A stretch of DNA of 64,000 nucleotides from an uncultured Gemmatimonadales bacterium (GTDB taxonomy: Bacteria; Gemmatimonadota; Gemmatimonadetes; Longimicrobiales; RSA9), in contig CAWCRS010000001.1 of assembly GCA_963798085.1 (NCBI GenBank), positions 288,001 to 352,000 of the forward strand. The letters are read 5' to 3'. Position 1 is the stretch's first letter, and the number at the start of each line of letters is the position of its first letter. A program made the translations under genes and the position numbers. Positions 38,276 through 47,451 of the stretch are shown here, piece after piece. The notes under the pieces are model-generated. The model saw nothing but the letters and a program-made list of their open reading frames with translations. It made no database searches and was not told where the DNA came from.

Positions 38276-40927
38276 TCAGTCGGCGCGCATGGCCGTAACC
38301 GGATCAATGCGGGTGGCGCGATACGCGGGCGCGAGGGCGGCCAGCAGCGTGACAAGGACGAGCAGCAGCAGTACGCCGGCGATCGTCCAGGGATCGTGCG
38401 GCGACACGTCGACCAGCATCGACTTCATGGCATCACCCAGCCAGCGTGCGCCCACGACGCCGACCAGTGCGCCGGCGGCCACAACGCGCAGGGCGCGCGT
38501 CAGGACGAGTCGGAGGATGCCGGACTGGCGTGCGCCGAGGGCCGCGCGGATGCCGATTTCGCGGGTACGGCGAGTGACGGAGAATGCCAGCAGCCCGTGC
38601 AGTCCGAGCGCGGCGAGGAACGCGCCGAATGCGGCGAACGCCGTGAGCAGGCTCATGAGGAAGCGGCGTGATCGCAGCAGCTCGCTCAGGCGATCGGTAA
38701 GCAGGCTCACGTCGACGGCGACGTCCGGGTCGAGCTGTTGTCCCGTCTGCGCGATGCGTGCCGCGGTGGCGGCGGGATGCGTGCCGGCCGCGCGCACCAC
38801 GATGCTCATGCTCTGCCACCAGATCGGTACCTGGCGATAGAGCACGTATATCTCGGGCGCGGTGGCGTCCTCGTAGCCGGCGTGGCGGATGTCGCCCACG
38901 ACGCCGATAACTGTGAGTTGCGGCGCCGGCTGCGGATACGGCTCCATGCTGGTTGCGATCACGGTGTGGCCCAGCGGGTTCTCACCGGGCCAGTACTGAC
39001 TCGCCATCTTTTCGTTCACCAGCACCACGCGCTGTGTGCCCTGGTCGTCGCGCGCATCGAAGAAGCGCCCGGCGCGCAGCGGTATGCCCAGTACGGTGAA
39101 GTAGTCGTCGCTCACCACGCGATAGCCGGCGCCCGTATTGGCGCCGGTGAAGCCGGGCACTTCGATGAAGCTGTTGCCGCCATTGCCGGTGGGAATCCAG
39201 TTGGCCATGGCGACGCCGGTGAGGCCGGGCAGCTGGCGCAGTCGCCCCAGCAGTTCTTCCCAGTACTGCAGCTGGCGGGGTATTCCCTCGAGGCCCTGGT
39301 AACGCGGTGTTCGCAGCACCACATTGGCGGTGATGACGCCGGCCGGCGAGAAGCCCAGATCATGGCGCAGTGTGTTGCGGAAGCTGCGCAGCAGCAACCC
39401 GCCCGCCAGCAGCAGCAGCACGGCCGCCGCTACCTCGCCGGCCACCAGCAGGGCGCCCGTGCGGTTGCGTTCGCGGCTCGCGGTGGTACGCGTACCGCTC
39501 ACCACATTGCGCGTTGTCGTGCCCGAGGCCCGCCCTGCGGGCAGCGCCCCTGCGCCCAGGCCAGCGAGCAGGGAAATGGCAATACCGAACGCCAGTACGC
39601 GGCCGTCCAGGCCGATTTCGCCCACGCGCGGCAGCATGGAAGCGGCGTGCTGCTGCACGAGTCGCGTGGCCGCCCAGGCCGTCACGATGCCGGCGGCGCC
39701 GCCCACCACGCCCAGCAGGGCGTGCTCGGTGAGCAGCTGGCGGACCAGGCTGGCGCGTCCGGCGCCGAGCGCCGCGCGCACCACGAACTCCGGACTGCGT
39801 GCGTGCACGCGGGCCAGACTCTGTCCGGCAATGTTGCTGCAGGCAATGAGCAGAACGGCAATCACGGCGGCTAACAGCATGTTCAGATAGTGGCCCGTGT
39901 CGCCGATCACGGCGTCACGCAGCGGCACGACGCCCACGCCCCAGGAGTAGATGCCTTCAGGAAACTGCCGCCGGATGTTGTCGGCCACGGCGCTCAGGTC
40001 GGCGCGTGCGGCTGCGGGCGTGACGCCCGGTCGCAGCCGCGCCAGTGCCTGGAAATTGATCCGGTTGCGGCCCAGGTCGTTGCGTGATCTGTAGGCCCAC
40101 GGCAGCCAGATGTCCGTGCCTGGCGGGAACGCCTGGCTGGCGGGCATGACGCCAATGACCTGCGACGCTTCGCCGTCAATGACCAGCTCCTGCGGCAGGG
40201 TCGCGGTTGCTCCCAGGCGGGTGCGCCAGAATCCCTCGCTCACGACGGCCAGGCGCTGCTCCGCCTGCGCTTCCTGTTCCGTGAAGACGCGCCCCCGCAG
40301 TGGCGTTGCCGCGAGTGCGGCGAAGAATCCGCCGCCCGCATCGGCGGCGACCACCGTGTGCGTGCCACTGGCTTCGCCTGCGGATACCTGCTTCTGGCGG
40401 AAAAGACCGATGGCGGCAAGCGTGTGGTTCTGCTGCGCCCAGTCGTTCCAGTTGTCGGCGGAGACCAGGGCGTACTCGCTGTGCTGTTCGGTCACGGACA
40501 GGAGTGCGACCAGCTGCGCCGGCTGCGGGAACGGCAGCGGCCGGTCGATCACCCGCTCCACCACGGTGAACACGGCTGTGGTCAGGCCTATGCCCAGCGC
40601 CAGCGTGATGAGCGCCATGATGCTGAACCCGGGCGAGCGGATGGCGTTGCGTGCCGCGAGCCGCAGGTCCCGCTGAAAGCCATCCAGCCACAGGGCGCGC
40701 CGGCGGCGCCGTTCGCGCGCGTGGGCGGCGCGCTGCAAACGCCGTGTTGCGTCGTCCATGTTGCCGAAGCGCTCCTGCGCGCGGCGCCTCGCCTCGGCTT
40801 CCGGCACGCCGCGCCGCACAAGGTCGCTGACCACCAGCTCGATGTGCGTGCGCATTTCCTCGCTGACATTGGCGTCGACGTCCTGATTGCGCCCGAGCGG
40901 CGATCGCCTGCCGGGATGTTCGCGCAT
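38276..40927 (-). CDS. ADOP-like ABC permease 5 (class-I prefix)
   Basis: VSEEMRTHIE..GV..ARRRAQERFGN; LALGIGLTTAVF; LIACSNIAG; RTREIGIRAALGA. Confidence 0.93.
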   Translation of the reverse strand: MREHPGRRSPLGRNQDVDANVSEEMRTHIELVVSDLVRRGVPEAEARRRAQERFGNMDDATRRLQRAAHARERRRRRALWLDGFQRDLRLAARNAIRSPGFSIMALITLALGIGLTTAVFTVVERVIDRPLPFPQPAQLVALLSVTEQHSEYALVSADNWNDWAQQNHTLAAIGLFRQKQVSAGEASGTHTVVAADAGGGFFAALAATPLRGRVFTEQEAQAEQRLAVVSEGFWRTRLGATATLPQELVIDGEASQVIGVMPASQAFPPGTDIWLPWAYRSRNDLGRNRINFQALARLRPGVTPAAARADLSAVADNIRRQFPEGIYSWGVGVVPLRDAVIGDTGHYLNMLLAAVIAVLLIACSNIAGQSLARVHARSPEFVVRAALGAGRASLVRQLLTEHALLGVVGGAAGIVTAWAATRLVQQHAASMLPRVGEIGLDGRVLAFGIAISLLAGLGAGALPAGRASGTTTRNVVSGTRTTASRERNRTGALLVAGEVAAAVLLLLAGGLLLRSFRNTLRHDLGFSPAGVITANVVLRTPRYQGLEGIPRQLQYWEELLGRLRQLPGLTGVAMANWIPTGNGGNSFIEVPGFTGANTGAGYRVVSDDYFTVLGIPLRAGRFFDARDDQGTQRVVLVNEKMASQYWPGENPLGHTVIATSMEPYPQPAPQLTVIGVVGDIRHAGYEDATAPEIYVLYRQVPIWWQSMSIVVRAAGTHPAATAARIAQTGQQLDPDVAVDVSLLTDRLSELLRSRRFLMSLLTAFAAFGAFLAALGLHGLLAFSVTRRTREIGIRAALGARQSGILRLVLTRALRVVAAGALVGVVGARWLGDAMKSMLVDVSPHDPWTIAGVLLLLVLVTLLAALAPAYRATRIDPVTAMRAD

Positions 40928-40938
40928 GTTCCTGCCGC

Positions 40939-43629
40939 CTACTCGATGCGCAGCGCCGCGGCCGGATCCGTGCGCCCGGCTCTGGCTGCAGGAATCAGAC
41001 TGGCCAGCACCGAAACCAGGAAGAGCGTCGTCGCCACCACGGCGTACGTCAGCGCATCGTGCGCCGAAGTGTCGAACAGCAGCGGCTCGATCAGGCGCCC
41101 GCTGGCAAAGGCCAGCACCGTGCCGATCACCACGCCCACGGCAACGAGCCCGGTTCCCGTGCGCAGGACCATCAGCACGATGTCACGTACGCCCGCGCCC
41201 AGCGCCATGCGAATGCCCAGCTCGGCTCGCCGCTGCAATACGCCGTAGGCGATCACGCTGTACAGGCCGACAGCGGCGATGAGCAGGGCGAGGGCGCCGA
41301 ACAGGCCGAACATGCTGGCGCCCAGACGCCAGGGGCGGATCTGCGGGTCGAGGGCCTGCTGCAGGGTCTCGAGTTCCACATAACCGAGTGTTGGATCCAG
41401 GCGACGAAGCTGCGCTTCGATCGACGCCGCCAGCGCAGGCATGCGCACGCCGCGCGGCCGCACGGCCAGCAGCGGTCCGGATATGCCGGACTGCTGGGCG
41501 ATGGGCATGTAGAACTGCATGGCCTTGAGTTCGCGCAGCGCCAGCCGGCGCGCGTCTTCCACGACGCCCACAATGCGCGCGCAGGGCGAGTCGGGCTTGT
41601 CGATGATGATGCACTTGCCGAGCGCGTCTTCGCCCGGCCACAGCGTGCCGGCCATGGTCTGATTCACGATTGCGACCGGCTCGCTCCCGGCGCGGTCGGC
41701 GGGCGTGAATTCGCGACCCGCGAGCAGCTTCGTTCCCACGGTCGCGAAGTAGCCATCGGAAACCGCGCTCGCGTACGGCCCGCCGCCCGGCATGTCGGGA
41801 ATCGAATCGCGCCCGGGCACACGCAGATCGAGACCAAGCATGGCGTGGAATGGCGTGCCGACGGACAGCGCGGCGTCCGCCACCTCGGGAAGCGCGCGCA
41901 CCTGCTCCAGTGCCTGCACGAAGAACGCGCTGCGATGCTGCTCGCCGGCGGGCGTGTCGGGCGTGCCCGGCCACTGGGGCTGCACCGCCAGGACGCGTTC
42001 CGGCTCGATACCCAGGTGCAGTGCGCGAACGCGCGCGAGACTGCGCAGGAACAGGCCACCCGCCACCAGCAGCACCAGCGAGAGCGTGGCCTGCAGGATG
42101 GTGAGTGCATGACGGGTGCGCGCGGCCGACACACCGGCACCGCCCTCGCGCCGCCCGGCCTTGAGCGAATCGTTCAGGTTGCTGCGCAGCGCCTTCACAC
42201 AGGGCACGAGGCCGGTGAGCACGCCGCAGAACAGTGTCAGCACTGCGCCGAACACGACAACGCGCGTGTTCACAGGCGCCGCATCCCAGTGCACATCGGG
42301 CAGGAGCAGCCCGCGCACGATCCTGCCACCCCAGTTGGCGACCGCCAGTGCCGCGGCACCGCCGCCGAGCGCGAGCAGCACGCTCTCGGTCAGCAGCAGT
42401 CGCACTACGCGCAGGCGGCTGGCGCCCAGCGCCACACGCACGCCCACTTCGCGCTGTCGCCGAATGGCCCGCGTCAACAGCAGGTTCGTGATGTTCGCAC
42501 AGGCGATGAGCAGTACCACCAGCGACACGCCCATCAGCCAGCGCGCCACGGCCACTTCGGGCGGCTCCGCGCCGAACATGTCATGGACCAGCGGGCGCAC
42601 ACTCATGCGCGCCGCTTTTTCCGCCGCGGCCGTGCCGCCGTAGCCCGCCTGGTAGAGGCTCGTCGCTTCGCGACCCGCCTGCTGCGCGCTCACGCCCGGA
42701 TGCAAACGTACCACGATCGTGAGCCACTTCGCGCGCCACGTCGAAGCCCAGTCGGACCGCGGCTGTTCCAGCGCCGACACGGGTATCCACAGTTTCACGG
42801 GCGCCAGTTCCGGACCCGTGAGGCCGCGCGGCGCCACGCCGATCACAGTGAACGGCCGTTCCCCGATGACGACCTGCCTGCCGATTACATTCGGGTCGCC
42901 GCTGAATTCAGACTGCCACCAGTCGTGATCGAGCACTACCACATCGTTACCACGGGGCGGGCGATCTTCCTCCGCATTGAAGAAGCGGCCCAGTTCGGGG
43001 CGCACACCCAGCAGAGGCAGCAGGTCCCACGATGCCGCTGCCACCGGCAGTTTTCTCGCCTGGGCACCGCGACCCACGAGCATGTCCCGCGACTTGAAGA
43101 TGCCGGCGTCGAAGGAATGCGCCTGTTGCTTCAACAGCGTGTACGTCGCGTAACCCATGGGGCTGATGGTGCGCTCCGGCTGTCCGGGAAAGGTGATGGT
43201 TTCGTACAGTCGCAGCACGGCGGCCGGCTCGCGCACATGGTCGGGTCCACGCAGCAGCAGCCGGTCGATCACGCCGAACATGATGGCATTCGCACCCACG
43301 CCCAGCGCCAGTGTGACCAGCACGACACCCGCCAGCATGCGATCGCCCCACAGGCTGCGCAGGGATTGACGGACGTCCCGGGTCCACGACGACAGCACCT
43401 CGCGCACCCGCATGCGACCCTCCTTTGCATTCGCCAGGCGATAGAGCCGACGGCGCGCCCGCGCCATTGATCCGAAATTTGCGGCCGCCTGCTGCCAGGC
43501 CCGCGCCGGTTCCACGCCGTCCTGCATCAGCCGGCGCGCGCGCAGTTCCACGTGCAGGTCGATCTCCTCATCCACCTGGCGCGCGATCTCGTCACGCCGG
43601 CGAGCCCGCAAACGGAAATACCGCTTCAA
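40939..43629 (-). CDS. ADOP-like ABC permease 6 (class-I prefix), TTG start
   Basis: VDEEIDLHVELR..GV..AWQQAAANFGS; LALGVGANAIMF; LIACANITNL; RRAELGIRMALGA. Confidence 0.92.
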   Translation of the reverse strand: MKRYFRLRARRRDEIARQVDEEIDLHVELRARRLMQDGVEPARAWQQAAANFGSMARARRRLYRLANAKEGRMRVREVLSSWTRDVRQSLRSLWGDRMLAGVVLVTLALGVGANAIMFGVIDRLLLRGPDHVREPAAVLRLYETITFPGQPERTISPMGYATYTLLKQQAHSFDAGIFKSRDMLVGRGAQARKLPVAAASWDLLPLLGVRPELGRFFNAEEDRPPRGNDVVVLDHDWWQSEFSGDPNVIGRQVVIGERPFTVIGVAPRGLTGPELAPVKLWIPVSALEQPRSDWASTWRAKWLTIVVRLHPGVSAQQAGREATSLYQAGYGGTAAAEKAARMSVRPLVHDMFGAEPPEVAVARWLMGVSLVVLLIACANITNLLLTRAIRRQREVGVRVALGASRLRVVRLLLTESVLLALGGGAAALAVANWGGRIVRGLLLPDVHWDAAPVNTRVVVFGAVLTLFCGVLTGLVPCVKALRSNLNDSLKAGRREGGAGVSAARTRHALTILQATLSLVLLVAGGLFLRSLARVRALHLGIEPERVLAVQPQWPGTPDTPAGEQHRSAFFVQALEQVRALPEVADAALSVGTPFHAMLGLDLRVPGRDSIPDMPGGGPYASAVSDGYFATVGTKLLAGREFTPADRAGSEPVAIVNQTMAGTLWPGEDALGKCIIIDKPDSPCARIVGVVEDARRLALRELKAMQFYMPIAQQSGISGPLLAVRPRGVRMPALAASIEAQLRRLDPTLGYVELETLQQALDPQIRPWRLGASMFGLFGALALLIAAVGLYSVIAYGVLQRRAELGIRMALGAGVRDIVLMVLRTGTGLVAVGVVIGTVLAFASGRLIEPLLFDTSAHDALTYAVVATTLFLVSVLASLIPAARAGRTDPAAALRIE

Positions 43630-43699
43630 GGGACCCTGCTCCGTCCTGACACGGCGTTAGATGCCGCTCGCCGCAGCCGCCGGCGCACGCTGGTCACGC

Positions 43700-44044
43700 T
43701 CAGCTCCGGCGGGGCTGGACATTGAGGATCGTCGTCAGCGTCTCCGCATAGCGCATGAGCCGCTCACTCTCCCGCTTCAGATGCGCACGCCCCTCACGGG
43801 TGATCCTGTAATAGCGCGCGCGCCGGTTGTTTTCCGTCACGCCCCACTCCGCCTCCACCAGCGCCCGACCCTCCAGCCGGTAGAGCGCCTGGTAGAGCGC
43901 GGAATCATCCACATCCAGCGCACCCGCCGAGTTCCGCTCCAGCCACACGGTGATCTCGAAACCGTGCAGCGGCCCATCACTCAGGGCCTTCAGCACCAGC
44001 ACGTCCAGCGTCCCCTTCACCACGCTCAGCGATTGCTTCACCAT
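43700..44044 (-). CDS. PadR-family regulator, acidobacterial type (class I here)
   Basis: VVKGTLDVLVLKAL, HGFEI, DSALYQALYRLE, AEWGVTENNRRARYY; GGAGGGA RBS. Confidence 0.95.
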   Translation of the reverse strand: MVKQSLSVVKGTLDVLVLKALSDGPLHGFEITVWLERNSAGALDVDDSALYQALYRLEGRALVEAEWGVTENNRRARYYRITREGRAHLKRESERLMRYAETLTTILNVQPRRS

Positions 44045-44065
44045 TCCCTCCAGAGTCTGGATGGA
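44045..44065. promoter_or_regulatory. 21-bp palindrome over the RBS of class-I PadR, candidate operator
   Basis: TCCCTCCAGA-G-TCTGGATGGA (9/10 paired); overlapping TCCAGAGTCT..AGACTCTGGA repeat. Confidence 0.6.
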
Positions 44066-44247
44066 GACTCTGGATGGATGCGGCCGGCGCCGCGGCCTGT
44101 CAACACTCGCGATGCGTTTGCCGGCTCGGGCCCGGCTCGCGCCACGGCACGACGACACGGTTCCCCGTCACTTCGGCCCTTGGCACGGCCCATCCGTCCC
44201 CGGCCGCGCGTGAGTGGCAACGGCGAGGTGGTCGGACGCCCTTACTG

Positions 44248-44262
44248 TCTCCATGATGGAGA
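44248..44262. promoter_or_regulatory. Perfect 15-bp palindrome upstream of class-II PadR
   Basis: TCTCCAT-G-ATGGAGA, 27 bp before ATG 44289. Confidence 0.4.
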
Positions 44263-44288
44263 GAGACAGGCACACGGAGATCACGGAC

Positions 44289-44636
44289 ATGGCTGATGCA
44301 ACACGATTCCTGCCCCTCACTCATCTCGGGTTTCACGTGCTGCTCACGCTGGCCGAGGGGCCGGGGCACGGCTACGCGATCATCCGCGAAGTCGAGCGTC
44401 GCTCGGACGGGTTGGTGTCGCCGGGCACGGGCTCGTTCTACGAAGTGATGCGCAAGCTGCGCGCGGACGGTCTGATCGAAGACTCGCCATCGCCGGCCGG
44501 CGATGATGCCCGGCGCAAGCATTACCGGTTGACGCGGCTGGGCGCGGATGTGCTGCGGCTCGAAGCGGCAAGGCTGGAGACGCTGCTGCGCGAGGCGAGG
44601 CGCATCGGTTTCCTGGCGAAGGCGGCGCGCGCATGA
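44289..44636 (+). CDS. PadR-family regulator (class II here)
   Basis: PLTHLGFHVLLTLAEGPGHGYAII, GTGSFYEVMRKL, DDARRKHYRLT; ATGA overlap with the permease. Confidence 0.92.
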   Translation: MADATRFLPLTHLGFHVLLTLAEGPGHGYAIIREVERRSDGLVSPGTGSFYEVMRKLRADGLIEDSPSPAGDDARRKHYRLTRLGADVLRLEAARLETLLREARRIGFLAKAARA

Positions 44637-47434
44637 GCGGCACCGGAACCCGCGTGTTCGCGCTGCTGTTCCGCGCACTGGTTCGGCTGGCCCCGCCGTC
44701 TGGTCGGGGCTGGGCGTCGGAATCGCTTGCGGTATCCCTGGCGCGATTGCGAGATGCGCGGGCGCGCGGGCGTTTCGCCGGTCTGCACTTCGCGCTGGCC
44801 GAGCTGCTCGATGCCGCGGGCGCAGTGTATCGCGAGCGTCGTGTGTGGCGCCGTGAGCGGCGCGCGGCCAGCCGCGCGCACAATGACGCAACCCACTCGA
44901 CCGGAATATCGATCATGGACATGGTTCGTGACGTCCTGCTCGCCGCGCGCGGCCTGCGCCGGCGTCCGCTGCTCTCCCTCGGCGTGATGGCCACGCTGGC
45001 CTTCGGCATCGCGGTGACGACGGTGATGTTCGGCGTGGTCTCGACCGTGTTGTGGCGGCCGCTGCCGTTCGATCATCCGGAGCGGGTGTACGTGATCTGG
45101 GCGCACATGCCGCAGATCGATCTGGGCTATCCCGAGCTGCCCATTCACGGCACGCATTTCACGCGGATCCGCGAGCGCTCCCACACGATCGACGCGGTGG
45201 CGGCGTTCAAGGCGGACGTGTTCAATCTGGAGGATGGCAGCGCGCACGAGCGCATCGACGGCCTGCGCACGACGGGCGGGCTGTTCCGCGCGATCGGTGT
45301 GCGTCCACTGCTGGGCCGCTTCTTCGACGAGCCGGAGGAGACGCCCGGTCGCGATCATGTCGTGGTCCTCAGCTACGACCTGTGGCGCCGGCAGTTCGGC
45401 GCCGATCCGGCGATCATCGGCCGGGCCATTCGCGTGAGTGGCGAGCCTTACACGGTGTTGGGCGTAGCGCCGCAGGGCTTCGCGTTCCCGCGCGGTGGTG
45501 AGATGCCGAAGAACTTCCAGATGCCGAAGCGGACCGAGCTGTGGGTGCCCATGGCGCCCGCGCAGCGGGGTCCATCGGATCTGGCACTGATTGCGCGCGT
45601 CCGCCCCTCCGTCACACTGCCGCAGCTGCAGGCCGACCTGGACCGCATTTCCGTGCTGGCGGGCGAGGAAACGCATGCGAAGGGCTGGTGGGACACGCAG
45701 GCCGTAGCCCTGCGCCAGCAGGTGGTGGGTGGCACTGCGCCCATGCTCATCGTGCTCTTCGCAGCCGTGCTGCTGGTCATGCTCATCGCCTGCGCCAATG
45801 CTGCGCAACTCCTGTTAGCCAGTGCCCTGGCGCGGCAGCGTGAATTTGCCGTACGCAGTGCGCTCGGCGCGCGGCGGGGCCGTCTGGTGCGGCAGGTGTT
45901 CGTGGAGGCGCTGCTGCTGGCCGCGCTCGCCGGAGCTGCCGGCGCGCTGCTCTCGCGCGCGGGCGCCGATCTCGTTCGCGCGTGGGGACCGGAACGACTG
46001 CCGCGGCTCGCCGACATCCGCGTCGACCCGCGTGTCTTCATTTTCGGCCTGCTGCTGACCACGCTCACCGGCATTCTGTTCGGCGTCGTCCCCGCCGTTG
46101 CCGGAACGCGGCTCGAGCCGTGGCCCCGCGGTTTCGGCCGCCGGCGACCGGCGCATCTGCAGTCGGCGAATCTGGCGCGCGTGCTGCGCGCCGGCGGCCG
46201 CGGCGCCACGGGCGGGCCGGGCGCGAGGCTGCGCCAGCTCTTCCTCGTCACCGAGGTGGCCTTGTCACTCGTGTTAGTCGCCGGCGCCGGCCTGCTGCTG
46301 CGCAGCCTCGACCTGCAATACCGCACCGATCTCGGCTTTCAGCCTGCGGGCACGCTGACCTTCGAGGTCACGCTGCCCAACGTGCGCTACCGCGAGGCTC
46401 CCGGCGAGCCGACGTATCTGGTCAATCCCGCAGTGGTCGGTTTCATCAGCACCGCGCTGGAACGCCTGCGCGAATTGCCTGGGGTTCAGGCTGCGTCGAT
46501 GGCGAAGCCACTACCGCTGAGCGGCGCGCAGGAAGCGAGCGTCTACCTGGTCGAGGGGCATCTGCCCAGGACGCCCGACGAGACACCGGTCGCCGAATAC
46601 ACGGTGATTGGTCCGGACTTCTTCCTCGCCATGGGCTCAGCGCTGCTCGAAGGGCGCGAGTTCACCGCAGACGACGATTCCGCCTCGGCCGCCGTCGTCA
46701 TTGTCAACAGGGCGATGGCCTCGAGCGTGTGGCCGGGCGAGGATCCGATCGGCAAGCGCATCAAGCTGCCGCCGCCCAACCGTCCGTGGATGACGGTGGT
46801 GGGCGTGGCGCCCGACATCAAGGAGTTCAGCATCGCCGAGAAGGCCAGGCCGATCCTGTTCGTTCCCTACCGGCAGCGACCCTACCCGCCGCTCGCCACG
46901 AGCACGCTGTTAGTGCGTTCAGCGGGCGATCCGCGCACCCTGCTGGACGGCGTGCGCCGGGAAATTGCGGCGCTGGATCCGGAGCTGCCGCTGGCCAGCA
47001 TCCGCACGGTGAGCGACCTGGTCGATCAGGCAACGGCCGAACCTCGTTTCGCCACGCTGCTGCTCAGCGGTTTCGCGCTCGCAGCCAGTATGCTGGCCGC
47101 GCTCGGCCTGGGCGGTCTGACGGCGTACCTCGTGACGCAGCGGCGCCGCGAACTCGGAATCCGGCTGGCACTCGGCGCGACCCATCGTCGCCTGGTCAGT
47201 GAAGTGCTGTTCGAAGGCCTGCGCGTGACCGCAGCGGGAGTCTGCATCGGCCTGCTGGTGGCTGTGCTGTCGACGCGGCTGCTGCGCACCATGCTCTACG
47301 GCGTGTCGGCGCTCGATCCGGTGACGTTCCTGCTCGCGCCACTCGTGTTGACGGCCGCGGTCGCTGCCGCGTGTGCGCTGCCCGCGTGGCGCGCCGCGCG
47401 CGTCGACCCGCGCACGACGCTGGACGCCGGCTGA
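44633..47434 (+). CDS. ADOP-like ABC permease 7 (class-II prefix)
   Basis: LLFRALVRLAPP prefix; TLAFGIAVTTVMF; LIACANAAQL; RRRELGIRLALGA; PAWRAARVDP. Confidence 0.92.
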   Translation: MSGTGTRVFALLFRALVRLAPPSGRGWASESLAVSLARLRDARARGRFAGLHFALAELLDAAGAVYRERRVWRRERRAASRAHNDATHSTGISIMDMVRDVLLAARGLRRRPLLSLGVMATLAFGIAVTTVMFGVVSTVLWRPLPFDHPERVYVIWAHMPQIDLGYPELPIHGTHFTRIRERSHTIDAVAAFKADVFNLEDGSAHERIDGLRTTGGLFRAIGVRPLLGRFFDEPEETPGRDHVVVLSYDLWRRQFGADPAIIGRAIRVSGEPYTVLGVAPQGFAFPRGGEMPKNFQMPKRTELWVPMAPAQRGPSDLALIARVRPSVTLPQLQADLDRISVLAGEETHAKGWWDTQAVALRQQVVGGTAPMLIVLFAAVLLVMLIACANAAQLLLASALARQREFAVRSALGARRGRLVRQVFVEALLLAALAGAAGALLSRAGADLVRAWGPERLPRLADIRVDPRVFIFGLLLTTLTGILFGVVPAVAGTRLEPWPRGFGRRRPAHLQSANLARVLRAGGRGATGGPGARLRQLFLVTEVALSLVLVAGAGLLLRSLDLQYRTDLGFQPAGTLTFEVTLPNVRYREAPGEPTYLVNPAVVGFISTALERLRELPGVQAASMAKPLPLSGAQEASVYLVEGHLPRTPDETPVAEYTVIGPDFFLAMGSALLEGREFTADDDSASAAVVIVNRAMASSVWPGEDPIGKRIKLPPPNRPWMTVVGVAPDIKEFSIAEKARPILFVPYRQRPYPPLATSTLLVRSAGDPRTLLDGVRREIAALDPELPLASIRTVSDLVDQATAEPRFATLLLSGFALAASMLAALGLGGLTAYLVTQRRRELGIRLALGATHRRLVSEVLFEGLRVTAAGVCIGLLVAVLSTRLLRTMLYGVSALDPVTFLLAPLVLTAAVAAACALPAWRAARVDPRTTLDAG

Positions 47435-47451
47435 ATGAGCGGCGGGGAGTT

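Noticed and set aside
26135..47434. Complete MacAB-TolC efflux operon
   Set aside because: No Walker A/B ATPase, membrane-fusion protein or TolC gene is present in the window.
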